A stretch of 64,000 nt of DNA from Protoeuglena noctilucae (lineage: Eukaryota): the NCBI GenBank assembly GCA_958009085.1, contig OY253681.1, forward strand, positions 434,001-498,000. Reading direction: 5' to 3'. Positions 38,404 to 51,896 of the stretch are shown in pieces (positions within the stretch are counted from its first letter, which is position 1; every line of letters starts with the position of its first letter). Under the pieces are notes generated by a model. It had not been told where the DNA came from, did no database searches, and worked only from the letters and a program-made list of their open reading frames with translations. Position numbers and translations under genes: made by a program.

Positions 38404-41400
38404 CTACGCTTCGACATTAGCCTCTGCCAGCCTCATCCTCAGCTCCTCCGCCTCCCGGATCGCCTGCTCCTTTTCCTCGATACACAGCTCCAGTTGTCGC
38501 TGCAGCGTCGCCGTGTCCTTGGTCGGAGTGCTGCTGGGGGCAAAGACAAAGGTTGCTAGTTTGTTTCAGCTGGGCTTCGTTGTTTAAACGAACGCCCACC
38601 CTTAGCCACTCGCCCACGTCGCCATTTCGCCCACTCACCCCGCCGCGATGCCCTGGTCCTTTTTCATCTGCTCCACCAGCGCCTTGAATTTGTTCGCCAT
38701 GGCCTTCTGCGCGGCACTCCCGCCCGCTGCGACGCACGGGGGAGGAGCGAGGCACATGTTGCGAGCTTTGTGACCTCCCCAACTCAGCTCTCAGCTGACT
38801 TGACAAAAGAGCCGAGGAGTGTGAGGAAGCCAAGCAAGCCGAACGCACCGGACAGGTCCACGGCGGCGGCAAGCGAGGCGAACATGAGGGAGCAGTTGCT
38901 CTCGTGGGCGTTGGTGGCGGCAGGCGAGCACGTGACGATGAGCAGCGTCTTGGAGTCATTGCCCAGCGAGTCCTGGAGGATCTGCGTGAGCTTGGAGTTC
39001 CTGCGAACAAGACACGGCTGTGGCCTCAGCAACGGCCGGGGAAGCACCGGGTGCTCACCCCGATGATGGGGCGCATGCGCGTGCAGTCGTTCCGTGCCAG
39101 TCGCTCGCCGCACCGGTAGGGGATGTGCGACCGGCTCTGCTTGGACGCGAGGGCGTTGATGACGTCCCCGAGCGCGGACAGCGACTTGTTGATGCTGATG
39201 GCCTCCTTCATGCGCGCGCCCTCAGCCTGGCTCTTGGCCAGGCGCTCGCTGCCGGCCAGGTCCACGAACGAGATGCGGCTCGAGGTCTTGGCCCCCGTGC
39301 GCGCGTTGTGCGAGTGGATGCGCACCGTCATGACCAGGTGCGACCGCGACGAGTGCTCGTTCATGTTGGTGCTCGCGGTGGCGCGGGACTTGGCGCCCTC
39401 GCGCATCGCACGGAGGAAGTCCTCTGGCGTCTGCAGGGACAAGGAAGAAACGGAACACCTGAGCTTCTCATTCGCCACACGCCATGCGCGACCCTCTTGG
39501 GCATGCACCAGCACGGGCAGTGCTTCATTCAGGAGCCTTCTCTAAGGCACAGTGCCGATGCGCGATATCTGCCCTGCAGCTCTGGCGCATGCCGCAGGGA
39601 CCAGGCACAGAACCGAGAAGGTTAGACATTGCGCTGGCACTCACGGCGCAGACGCGGTCGCGCAAGTTGCTGACGTAGGTGGACCCGAACTCGTCCTGCT
39701 TGACCTCGTATCGGATGCCAGCGTCCTCCTTGGTGGCAAAGAGGTCGCGGATCTGCTCGTTGTACACCTCGAGCATGCTCACGGCGAACCAGTGCTTCTC
39801 GTCCTCCACGCCCTCAGACGCAATGTGGCAGAGCGTCTGGAAGGCACGCGTCGTGATACCTGCGAACGGGGCCCGCGTGATGCGACGCTCGGGAGCCGAG
39901 ACAGGCCAAGACAGCCAAGCAAAAGCAAGCAATGCGAGTGATCAATCGGTGTTCTGTGTCTCATTCGCTAGGGATACTCACCAGGGTCCTCCGGCGGCCC
40001 CTCCATGGTGAATGTCTTCCCTGACCCCGTCTGGCTGCAGAGAGGGACACGAAAACGACGTGACCTTGCATGTCGTGCCAAGGGAGCGACTGGTAGCAGC
40101 TGCCGAGCAGTAGCTGCCACACGGGCTCTGCTTGGAGCTCTGCAGGCCCCCCGTCCTCACCCGTAGGCAAAGATCGTGACGTTAAATCCCTCAAAGGCCG
40201 CCTCCACCAGGCCCCTGCAATCACGAGAAGAAGGGGCACCGCTCATGCCTCGCCATGCCACCGAGGAGGAGAGGCGGCAAACAGTCAGCAGGTGATGATG
40301 GGGCAAGGTGCTGCCAACGCCTCCCGGCATGCACTCGCCTGACATCGGAGAAGACCTCTTCCTGCGTCGACTTGGGCCCGAACACGCGATCGAACTCGTA
40401 CATCTGCCCCGTCACGCGGCTCCCGTCGGACTTGATCTCGATCGTGCGGCGAGAGGGGTCGTCCGGGACCACAAACGCCTCCTCCGGGCTCTCCTGCAGC
40501 TCCTTCTTGTTCACCGGCCGCACGCGGCAGAACACGCGGATGTTGCCTTTGATCTGCGACGGTGACCAGCCGACAGTTACCCGCATGCCACCGCCTGCGA
40601 GGTCGCGACGCACTGCCATCAGGCAGCCCTCACCTTCAGGAGCTCGGTGAACATGCGCCGGCGGTCGGCCACGGACAGCTCCACCTTGCGCTCGGCGCGC
40701 TGCACCACCTCGTCGGCGTGCAGCGTGAGGCCCCGGACCATGCCCGGCACGTCACGCAGCCGCGCCGCCCACGCCGCCACCTCCTGCGCCAGCCCCCCGA
40801 CCTCCCCCCGCAGCGTCGCAGCGGTCGGCCGCAGGGCTCGGACCGCGGCCAGAGCCTGCTCCGCCCCCGCCGCTGCCGCCGCCCACGCAGCCTCCCGTGT
40901 GCGCAATGCCTCCACCTCGGACGACAGCCGTGCCTCCGCGGCCCAGGCCTCCTTCGCCGCCCCCGCCGCCGCCTCGGCCTCCCGCCGCGCCTCCGCAACC
41001 TCGCGGGCCGCCTGCTCCAGAGCACGCTCCGACCCCTCCGCACCCCCGCTCGTCGATGCCCCTGCCCGGGCAGCCGCGAGATCTTTCTCCAGAGACTGCA
41101 CCCGCGCTTCCGCAGATGCTGCGCGCGCGCGGGCCTCCTCCAGGTCCCTCGCCGCCCCCTCGTTGGGCCGCGACGCATCAGCACCGTCGGCGCGGCTACC
41201 GGACGGGGCAGGTGCAGCAGAGGCAGCGGGGGCTGCAGACCCGGCAGCAGCGGCGCGCGCCGCGTCAAGCTCAGCGCGCACGCCCCGGAGCTCGGCTTGC
41301 GCGGCCTCCAGCTTTGCTGCCAGGGCGCCGTCCTTGGCTGGCGAGGGCGATGAGGGCTCCGCACCAGGCCCTGCCGTGCTCACCGACACCTCCTCGGCCG

Positions 41401-42599
41401 CCCCGTTGGCGGCGTGCTGGCCCTTGCGTTCCGCTAAGATCTCACGCATCCGCGCCTCCCAGTCCTTCCTGTCCTCCGCCGCCCTCTCCCTCTGCTTCCT
41501 CATGCTACTCTCCAGCGCTGCCAACGCGGCCTCTGCGCGCTCCGCCCGGGCATCCCCCGCGCCCTCGACGCCCGCGCGCGCCTCGCGAGCGAACCGCTCC
41601 CTCTCCGCAGCCAGCACATCCTCCAGTCGGTCTCGATCGCGCTTCACGACCGCCACCTCGAAGCTGCACACCACGCATGGACGCACGCCATTAGAGAGTC
41701 ACATGAATCGGGCAAGATTCGCCCGAAGCCCGCGCTGGACTCGGCAAGGACCTAACAACAGCGGCTGCTTTCCTCGCCAGCCCTAGTATGGCAGCCCTCA
41801 CCGTAGCGCGTCGATAGTGCGCTCGAGGCCGTACATCTGCTGGCGCAGGCGCGCGTTCTCCTCGCGCACCACCTCGGCGATGCCCCCGGACAGCTCGCGT
41901 GCCGGCAGCGCCATCTCAGTGACGTTCAGGCCCGCCCGGTTGGCGGCGGTGACACGCGCCTCAATGACCGAGTCCACCTCGTTCCGCTTCAGGATGAGGT
42001 GCAGCTCCATGAAGAAACGATCAAGAGGGTGCTCCCGCGTGGCCTCGCCCGTCTCGCCGTGGACGTAATACGGCTGCCCCTGCTTGTCAAGGCGGCCCTC
42101 CCAGGGGGTCGGCATGGGGGCGTCGAGGGCCTCGTCGGCGATCCACAGCAGAGCGCGGTCCGCTTGTGGATCGATGCCGAGATATTCGGCCATGCGTAGG
42201 ACCTGCACGCGCATCCCCCGGGGCGCATGGGGGCGTGGTCAACACGAGATGCGTGCAGCTGACCCGCGCTGATGCGCAGGCCAACGGCTATGCCCCATGG
42301 CGCCATGCTATCCGAGAAATGCAGCATGGTAAGTTGTTTCGCGCAATGCAGTCTCTCGCCTCCGGATCGTACTCGGCATTTTCCAGCTCCTTCACAGTGC
42401 TTGCTACGTGTTTCCGCTGCCCAGAGGCGGTCCTGCGACCAGAGAGACACGGTAGATCATACATACAGCACTACCGCCACGCCTCGCCCGCTGCCGTTGC
42501 AGGATCGGGGACCCCTGCCCCTCACGGTCGGGGGGTCTTGGGGGGTGGGGGCAGGGTGGCCTCCAAGTCGCCAGCCTCCCCAGACGTGGCCGTAGGCAT
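38404..42599 (-). CDS. C-terminal-motor kinesin (kinesin-14-like) with an N-terminal CEP164-like WW module and a coiled-coil stalk
   Basis: Neck and motor motifs: LLK/IKGNIRVFCRVRP, YEFDRVFGP, FAYG/QTGSGKTFTM, SMLEVYNEQIRDL, NEHSSRSH, VDLAGSER, INKSLSALGDVI, NSKLTQILQDSLG. The N-terminus reads MAEYLGIDP..LLWIADEAL.APMPTPW..YYVH.ETGEATREHPLD. Confidence 0.88.
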
Positions 42600-43226
42600 T
42601 GGCGCGGGGGACGCCAGCAAGCCACGACGGCCCCGGTCCCCGCAAGGTCAGCGCTTTACGCGTGTAGATCACGGCAAGGTGGCATGCGAGGGTCTCCCAG
42701 CTGCGTGATTTAACACAAATGTCAAGCTGAGCAGAGAGAACCCGACATCTTGGCATGCCAGGCGAAAACCCCCCGTTCTTACACCCGCGTGACCGCCTCA
42801 GCCCCTGAACGGCAGGTTGGATTGACACCGAGAAGAAAAATCATTCAGCACCGCCGTGGCGAGTTATCGATGCCCCCGTGGCCCTGTGCGTCTGGCAGTG
42901 CACGCAGACATCTCAGTGTGCGCGGGCGCCCCTCTGCAAGGCAAAGCTGGATGTTGAGGAGCCGACACGTTTTGGCATTGGGATATCTTTGATTGGGTGC
43001 GGGCCAGCTGGGCCCAGCGTCCCGCGTTTGCGGCCTGGGCTGGTAGGTGACGGTCCCTGCAAGCGCCCCTTTTCTAGCCACCTCTGGAGCGCCAGGCCGC
43101 TGATGTCGCTGGTGATATGAATGGTTGTTTTAGCTCTGTCTCGCTGCTACCAGTGGCAGGACCGCGACGGTGCCTGTCCCCGTGTTCCCGAAGGTTGATG
43201 CGCTGCGCGGGACGCCCCTGGGCGCG

Positions 43227-46200
43227 ATGGACGCGGATTCGGGGACCCGGTGAGTCACATTTCGCAGTTATGTCGCGAGGATGCTTTCGGTGTACGCAGG
43301 CACGGCAAATGCTCCTCGAGACGCTCGCAGGTGCCAGCCGGGAATGAACCCGGCATTCCTGGCCCTCTCCCGCTTGCGCCGGCGCCGTTACGACGAATGC
43401 GCGGACCTGTGCACGGAGCTGTTGTCCAAGAACAACTTCGATCAGCAGGCTTGGTGGATGAAGATGCGCGCGCTCACCCTCAAAGCGTTCATTGACGACA
43501 CGGGTGCGTGGCGGGAAGAGCGACCTGCGCGGGCGTGCAAGCCCTCGGTTCCCCCACCCGTCGAGCGTTTTGAGCGTCACGGCCACACACATGTGTGCTC
43601 AGCGTGGGAACGCCGCGGTGGATCCACCAGCCAGCAGGAACATCTGGGCTTGTCGTTTCTGAGTGCAGAAATGGAAGACGAGGGCATCGCAGAGATGCTG
43701 ATGGACGACAACGCCATGCAAGCGGCGCCGCGCCCCGGGACCTCTCTCAACCGGCCCACGACCACTGCACGCCTGGGCACCCAGTCCAATCGGCCCATGG
43801 CGAGTGTGCCTCACTTTGCCTGCTCACCATGGAGTGGCGCTGACACTGTCTCATGTCCGCCATCCGTGTACATGTCTTAGACGTTCTCGCTCTCTGGCTC
43901 GTCCCGCAGACGAGCAGCGGGCGCCCGGTGACGGGGTTCGCGCGGCCCGGGACCCAGACCAGCCGGCCCATGACTGGAAACCGACCCGGCACCATGAGCA
44001 TGCGCCAGGCGCTGCAGTCGCGGTGAGCACCTGCTGGGCCAGACGCGGGTCGTTATCATCGACTCAAATGTCCAGTGGCTCGATTTATAATGCTTCAATG
44101 GTCACCCTGGGCCCTTGCGCGCAGGACGGGGCGCGTGGGCACTTCCCGGCCCGTCACATCCTCGGGTCGCTTCATGCGCCTGGGCACCGCATCCATGCTG
44201 AGTCAGGCCGGCGGTCCCTTCATCGACATCGACCGGCTCGACCTCCGCAAGTACGCCCACCGGCCCCTCCTGGCCAAGGCGCTGCTGGACTACATGCTCT
44301 ACTGCGAGCACAAGTGAGTCCAGCCGACGGCGCAGGAGGTGGGGTTGCGAGGCAAGCGTACCAGCGTGCCGGCCTGTGACCTCGGCAAACGTGTGCTGTG
44401 GCTGCAGTCCCCGCAAGGCCCTGGAACTGGCGTCGTTCAGCACCAAGGCCGAGCGCTTCGGGGACTGGTGGTGGAAGGCCCGCCTCGGCAAGTGCTACTA
44501 CCAGCTCGGGCTCTTGCGGTGCGTGGGGGCGGTCATGGGCTGCATGCACCAAGCTGGAAGCATTGCACCTGACACGGGCGTTCCTGAGGCCCGTCGCGTA
44601 GCTGGAACGCTTTCTGCGATCGTCTCGCCCACAGGGACGCGGAGAGGCGGTTCAAATCGTCGCTGAAGGACCAGGTCATGATTGAGGTGAGCCGGGCTGA
44701 ATGTCCTTGGAAAAGAGCAGGTGAAGAGCTGCATGCGTTTTGAAATGAGAAGAATGACCTTTTCTTACCACGCGATTGCAGACCGTGCTCGAGCTTGCCA
44801 AGGTCTACATCCGCCTCGACCAGCCGACCCAAGGTAATGCGCACTCTCCTGCCGGGTCACAAATGCCATGCACCTCGACTGTCACGCGCATGTGGCATCA
44901 CCTGTATGTCCTTAGTCAACTCTGTTCATATTGTCCCTTTCTACAGCCCTGGAGGTGTACAAGAAGCATCTGGAGGAGGACTTGGCGGGGTGCCTGCACC
45001 TCCAGCTGGGGGTGGGGCGCATCTACGACGGTCTCAACGACCTCAACAGCTCCATTGACTTCTACAAGGCGAGTAGGCAGGCATTCCAGCAGTCCCTGCG
45101 TGATGAAAGGGCGAGTGCAGGGGACAGCTGCGGTGGGCATGGATGCGAGGCCTTGTGTTAGGTGTCAGTTCTCTCCCAGCCCTGTTCCCGCAGTCGGCTC
45201 TGGTGGCGGACTCATCGTGCGTCGAAGCCGTGGCTTGCCTGGGCGCCCACCACTTCTATAACGACCAGCCAGAGATCGCACTCCGGTGAGAGGCCCGGCT
45301 TGGCCGCCCTGCAGGCACTTCCTGGGCCCATGCGCGTGGCGCAACGCTGAACGCCACTTACATCCGCCACCGAATGCACGATTTCTCAGCGCAGCACATG
45401 TGATGGCTGCTTTGACTACGCCCGTCACGCTTGCTGGCGACCCCGGCCCTTGCAGGTTCTACCGTCGCCTCCTGCAGACGGGCGTCAACTCTGCGGCTCT
45501 GTGGAACAACCTGGGCCTGTGTTGCTTCGCGGCGGGGCAGTACGACATGACGGTCGTGTGCTACGAGAGGTGCGGGCCTGCAACATGTGGCCATTCCACA
45601 TGCCCACCTGGGCTGCCAGCGTTGTGCATGGAGGCATCTCTCTTGCATGCCCCAGAGTGTCCATGTAAGTCAGCCTGTGTCATGGCACAACACACGTGTA
45701 CAACACACACATGTCACTGCTCCCAGGGCCCTGTCTTTGGCTGGGGACGACGAGCTGCCAGACATCTGGTACAACATCGGGCAGCTGGCTCTGGGGATCG
45801 GCGACCTCGGCCTGGCCTTCCAGAGGCAAGGGGCGAGACGAGGGCTGGCAGTCACATGATGACGCGTACACGTGTGACGAAACGTAGCTCGCTTGCAGTG
45901 GGCTTGGACTCACCACGCACCCTGCCCCGTCCTCTGCAGTTTCAAGGTGGTCACGAGCATGGACAGCAACCACGCGGAGGCCTACACCAACCTGGGCGTG
46001 CTGGAGATGCGGCGGGGAGCACTCGACACTGCGATGGGGTGCGGCTGCAGCGAGCGAGCGAACCAGGGCGCCCTCCCGCAATGTGCGAATCATTACCTGC
46101 GATGATTGCGCAGCTATGATTTCTGATTGTCTCGCCACTCCTCGCAGGAACTTCCGCGCGGCTCACATTGCGCCGGGCCTGCACGAGCCGCTCTACAACA

Positions 46201-46458
46201 TGGCGCTTCTTTCCTATCGGTCCGGGGACTACAGCGAGAGCTACAAGTGAGAGCTACACAGTGCGGCGCGAGGATGTTCGAGAAAGCGCAAAGCCAGTTG
46301 TACTGCAGGGCCTTGGCTTGCGGGCGCCATGCTGTGCTGTTCATCTCGACTTCCCTTTGCCTTGCAGGCTCGTGCAGAAGGCGCTGGAGGTGTGTCCGGA
46401 CCACGGGGACAGCCAGGAGCTGCTCAAGACCGTCAAGGCGGCCTTCACCTCCGTGTGA
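43227..46458 (+). CDS. BBS8: BBSome subunit BBS8/TTC8 (TPR protein)
   Basis: Motifs: EMEDEGIAEMLMDDNA..APRPGTSL, RPM/TSSGRPVTGFARPGT, TSRPVTSSGRFMRLGTASM, DWWWKARLGKCYYQLGL, LELAKVYIRLDQP, HFYNDQPEIALR/FYRRLLQ, LWNNLGLCCF, DIWYNIG. About 13 exons. Confidence 0.95.
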
Positions 46459-47419
46459 CAGAGTCTGGCACACTGAGGGAGCCGGGTGTTAGCTGGGTGC
46501 TTTGCTTCCCAAACACAGCCCCTGTCCAAGCGCTCAAAGGGTGTTCCCTGATGTTGTCATATGGATCGCCCATTATCTGCTTTGCATGAAAGGCTTCAAC
46601 ACGAAGCGGCTGGCATGCAGGAGGTCTGAAGAACCGTGGGTGCGGTCTGTCGACAGAAAACAGGCGAAAATAGGGCCTAGGAATGCAGCAAGCATGCATC
46701 CGTGATCCCCTAGCCCGCAATGTCCTGCCCGCCGCCCGCTCTCCGACCCCACACCCGTGCCTCACCCCATCGGGCCTGCTGTGCTGATTGAGCACAGGAC
46801 AGGCGTGGGCTGCGATGCACGGGCGCCGGCCTGACGGGAGCGGGCTGTATGGGGCAGGAAAGGACGCACGAGGGCTAACATGAAACCATCCGACCCGGCA
46901 AGGTGCACGAGGGCTAGGCGCACGCGACGTCCAAACATTGACGCGTGTCGGCACAGCCGGTAGGTAACGAGGCGTCGACTTCGCGGCTCTGCAGCACGTG
47001 CCGGGGGGCGTTAGATCCGCATGCTTGTTTGCGGAATGCGTTGGCCCCCCGGCCTGAAGCCGCGCTGGTAGGAAAGGACCGCCCAGCGACTTTGGAGAGG
47101 GGTGGCATGGGAAAAGATACGCGTCAGCCACTCGCCGGGGCTTGGCGAGGGCGTAGAGGCATACACATAACGAGGCGCACGGGTAGACAGCGAAAGGGGC
47201 ATGAGCAGAGTGAGGTGCGGGGGGTGCATGCGCATACGTCCGACATGGGATGGGTGCGCGAGAGGCGCTGAAAATCTCGTCATATGCACGTGAGTGCCGG
47301 GTCGGGAGCTGTCGCTGAAACGACGACGACTTCGTGCGCCGATGGGGAGGGCGGGCGGATAGGACCTGGGAGGGCCCAGTTGCTGCGTCGCAGTTGCTGC
47401 AATGTTTGCAGTTGCTGCC

Positions 47420-50400
47420 TCATTCGTTGTGGGCGGAGGACCCGTGGCGTCGCCGCCGGTGGTGGTTGCCGCCAGAGTTGCCGCCGGGTTCATCTGCCAG
47501 GGCCCGGAACGTGGGGCTGCGGGGGAGCGGAGGCAGCAGTCAGCTCGCTGCAGCATAGTACACCAAGCAGCATGGCCCATGCGCCGCTCCCAGGTGCTAA
47601 CAAACGCAGTCTCCTCACCTGTGGCGAGATCCCCGGCGCGCGCTGCCCCCGCTCCCGGCCCGGGCGGGCTCCTGGCCGTCGGGGCCCATCGAGGGGATGA
47701 GGTCCTGCATCGCGGTCGCTGCACTGCGGCCATCACCGCCACACGCGGCCGGCTCGTGGCCAAATGCACGCGTCCCCGCCGTCAGCTTCTGCGGCAAACG
47801 AGATGGCCGAGTATGCTAACTTGGGTTAGGCACAGTTACATTGATGAGTGGATGCGTGGACACCGTCGGTGCTCAAGCCAAGTCCAGAATCCAAGTGCAG
47901 GGGCCATGCGCAAGCACCGGCGATGTCTCTGCCCTTGCCTGGGCCTTGGCGGGGGGCGAGGGCGCCCGGGCGAGCGCCTCGGGAGCCGGAGACGCCTGGT
48001 CGAGCGCCGCGCCTGCGACGGGGTTAATGGCCATGGCCACGCGATCTTCGATGCCGGACGACGCTGCGGGGAGCAAGCATAAGTGATGTGAGGTGGTGGG
48101 ACATGAGACGGCGAACCTCGACCTCAGCTCCTCACCCACAACCCCATCCACCACCATTCCCTCGCCCACGCATGTCTTCACCCGCAACCCCAATCACCAC
48201 CATCCCCTCACCAGTGTCCTCATCAGAGACCTTGGCCAGCAGCCGCCCGCGCTTGCCCAGGGACGTCTTGTGGTGGTGCACCCGCATGGGCTGCGCGGCG
48301 GCCTCAGACCCCGAACCAGACGCCTCCCTCTCTCGCTTCAGCGAGTGGATGGGGTGTGCCGCACCCTCGCCCTCCGACAAGCCGCCCTTGCCCTCTCCCA
48401 TGGGGGAGTGCGCGCCCAGGGAGCCCTGCACAGAGTCCTCATGCGGGTCCTCCAAATCCATCGCACGCTTGCCGTCGCGGAGCTGCGGGCGTGACAGTGA
48501 TGAGTCGGCAACTGGACGGGAGCCGTCAGTTGGATTGATGCGACGTACAACTGGCAATCTTATCGATCCACACAGCGCAGAAGAGCACGGACTGACTGCC
48601 AGGCGTGGCTTGCATGGCAACCCAAGAGAGGCCACAGCGTGACCCAGCTATCACTCCGCACCTCTTCCGCCCCGGGCTCACCTGGCTGGACGCAGCACGC
48701 TCTGCGCCCTTGTGAGCCCCCGAGTTGCCGTTGCCGGACGAGTTGGGGTCGAGCTGGTTGCTGGCGCCCGCGCCCTCGCCAGAACCGTTGCCCCCGGATC
48801 CCCCGCGGCCGCCAGAGCCGCGCCCGGCCTTGTCCTCGTTGCTAGGGAGCAGAAGGGGGGGATGGAGCGAGTCGGAACAGGTGGCGGATCGCGTGCCGCG
48901 GTTGCTGAGAGCACGGGTGAGTGCGTGCGTTTGCGCCGTGCACCGGGGCGCCTGGGGAAGGCCAGAGCTGCGGAGGAGAGGATCTGGAGAGCAGGGCGGG
49001 TGCGGAAGCAGAGGTAGATGCGCCGTGCAAGATGGGAGTGCGCGTGGGCCGCGGCGCCAGTGGGTCGACCGTTGCCCTCGTCTCCTCTTGTGGCAAACTA
49101 CGCATCAGCTTGGGACCCACCCCGGACCACTTTGCAGCCAATGTGTGATCGCACGAGCATCACAAACCAAGCCTGAGACACAACTCACGCACCTGATGTC
49201 CCCGCTCGTGTCTGCGTCACGGTCTGCAGCAATGAAGTCCTCCTCAATCGACGCATGGGCCACTCTCTGACGAGCCACGGCCCCGAGAGACCCATCGTCG
49301 CCGCCGTCCCTGGCATCGATGCCGTCCCCCGCCTCGCCGGGCCCCGTCACAGGGCTCCCAGGCAGTGCAGCTCCGCCCACCCCGCCGCCCGCAGCGACCA
49401 GGCCCTGCTGGCGCAGGCGCTCCGCCTTGCGGAGGTGCGACGTCGCCGTCGTGCCGTGCCCGTTGCCGTTGCCCGTCGTGTTGGTGTCCGCGTCACGGTG
49501 GTGCTGGGGCTTGTGGTGCGGGTGGATGCTCGACGCGCCATTGCCTGCCAGGCAAGAGCAGAGTGCGCATGTCGGCACGTCATGCGCGCGGGCCACCTCG
49601 ACGCTCACACGGTAGGACATTCACTTCTATTCCATGCAGGCAAAGACACTCATAATCAACACAACACCACACCTGCAGTCGGCCACTCACCCGAGCCTCC
49701 GCTGTTGCCCACTGCGTGGTGGTCCACGTCGTGACTTCCCCGGCTGAAGTTCGCCGCCACGCCACTGTGGCCCACGCCGTTGCCTCCGTTGCCAACGTCC
49801 ACATGTGGTCCTTTCGCGTGGTCCCCCGGGACCGCCTTGGGAGCACCGGCCCCACTGCCGCTGTGGCCGTTGCCACCGCCCGACGAGCCGTTGCCGTTCT
49901 TGCTGAAGTTGGCGCCTATCACGGTGGTGCCCTTGCCGTTGCCGTTCGACCCATTGCCGTGACCCGGGGCGGACGACGGGAAGTTCGCCCCCACCTCGGT
50001 CCGTGGCTTGCGGCCGTTGGTGCCGTCTCCCGACGACCCGTTCCCTTGCCCGGCGAAGGCCTTGCCCTCCTCGGCACCCTGCATGGGTCAGAAAAGGTGC
50101 CATACAGTTTCCGTCACCCTTTCTGGCAGCCTAGGTCCCGGTTCCAGTATGAGCGTCATGACACCCATCACAACTACATTGCCATTGCACTTCTATCGCA
50201 CAAAGTGACTCGCCTGCCCCTTGCGCTCCTCCTGCGACACCCGCTGGCTCTCCCCACCCATGCCGATCGACGGAGTGTCCTGCTCCTCCAAGTCAAAGGC
50301 CTGGAGGTGCTGCTGGATGCCCATCTGCTGCAGGAGCCGCGCCATCGTCATCAGCGTGTTCTCCGCCGAGCTCTGCGGGCGCGGGCAGCGGTAGTGCTGA

Positions 50401-51896
50401 GGTTCGAAGCCATTGGGGTTGCCACGCACAAGAGAGGTATAGGCCATACTATGCAGTCAGAGCAGCAGAAGTGTTGCTATGCCACAGCAGCTACCGCGTC
50501 GGCCCTCACCTGCATGGCGGCGGCGAGCGTGGCCAGGCCCGGGATGCCGAAGGGCAGCCCCGGGTGCAGCGCCGGCGGTGCGGGGGGCCCCTGAGCCCCG
50601 GGGGACCCAATGTGGGGCAGGTGGGAGAGGAGGGCGTTGACGTGCGGGGCGAGGCAGCCGGCGGGGAAGACGGCGCGGTGGGTGCGCTCCGAGGCGGCGA
50701 ACCCGCCCGTGAAGTCGAGCGACGGCTCGCGCTGGGGGCGCGGGGGCGGCCCTGACTCCGGCGCCCCCGACTCGGGTGCCGTGAGGTCCAGGGACGAGGC
50801 GAGGCGCTCGGTGGAGAAGTGCGGGCAGGCGCCCATGTCGAGCTCGAGGACTTGGCAGCCGTGGGCGGGGAGGTGCAGCCGCACGCCCCGCACGTGCTGC
50901 ATTTGGCTGTGGATGAGGAAGCACCGCTCGCCGTCCTTCTCGACCACCTTCCACGCCACCTCCCCGTCCTTGAAGGACACGCAGCACCAGATGTCGCCCT
51001 CCTGCGCCGCCAGTCGCCACCACCGCCCCAGCTGCAGGCTGACCATCGGCAGCATCAGCGTGCCCCCCACCGCACGCACGCCGGGCGCCTCCCTCCCGGC
51101 CGCGGGCGCCGCAACTCCGCCCGGCTGCCCGGGCATCGCACCGCTCCCCGACCCGCTCCCCGGCGCCGCCTCGTGCTTGCCCGCCCCCATGGCTTGCGGC
51201 CCGGTGCCGCCGCTACCCGACCCGGACCCCTGCACCTGCTGCCCCGCGTTCCTGGCGTCCCGCGAGCTCAGAGACTCGTACGCGCGCCACCACGGGTCGC
51301 CAAAGGGGTTCTCCACATCCTTGGCCGTCCGCGCGTGCTCGGCGGCAGCGGCGGGTGGCGCGGGCGGCATCTCCCCCGCCTGCGGCCCGGCCATGCTCTC
51401 GCCCGTGCCGGGCTTGTCGCCGCTGCCGCTCTTGTCCTCCCGCCGACCGACAGCGGCTGCAAAGGTGGCAGAAAGCAGCGTGTTTAGCCGCACCCTGAGA
51501 CGTCCAAGTCAAGCGCACGCGAGTACCAAGCCACGCCTGCCGACGCTGCACACCTGTGTTGCTGCGGGGCTGCGTGTCCGGAGCCGCTCGCATGGTCATG
51601 CCCGGGGTGGTGAGCGTCGGGGGTGTCACCCCCGTCCCCGCCGTGCCAATGCCCGCCACCTGCCCCTGGACCGGTATCGTCTCGGGCGGCCCGCCCGGGT
51701 TGCGGAGGGCCTTCGGTGATCGCGAAAGGCCCCCGGAGAGGTCGATCGGGCCCTGGAGCGGCGCGGAGGGCGCGTTCGCCGTCACGGTGCCCTCCCCGAC
51801 CTGCAGGGGCCCCGCCATTGGCCCCCGGTGCGCCAGGCTCACGAAAGGCTTGCCCGGGCTTGGCGCGTGCGACGCCGGCGCCTTGATGCCCTGCAT
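47420..51896 (-). CDS. Multi-exon, mostly low-complexity protein containing a TRF2/HOY1 PH-like domain
   Basis: The exon at ~50510-51456 reads SLQLGRWW..EGDIWCCVSFKDGEVAWKVV..LELDMGACPHFSTE..DFTGGFAASERTHRAVFPAGCLAPHVNALL. This resembles the plant TRF2/HOY1 PH-like pattern as I recall it (L.IG.W..EGDL..CYF.K.KLVWEVL..DFT.GQAS..R.H). Downstream exons are Gly/Asn/His-rich and splice in frame to a stop at 47420. Confidence 0.6.

Noticed and set aside
46460..47420. Longer intergenic stretch with a short direct repeat (gcacgagggcta at about 46866 and 46904)
   Set aside because: I could not identify an ncRNA or coding signal. It is most simply the convergent 3' UTRs of BBS8 and the PH-like gene.
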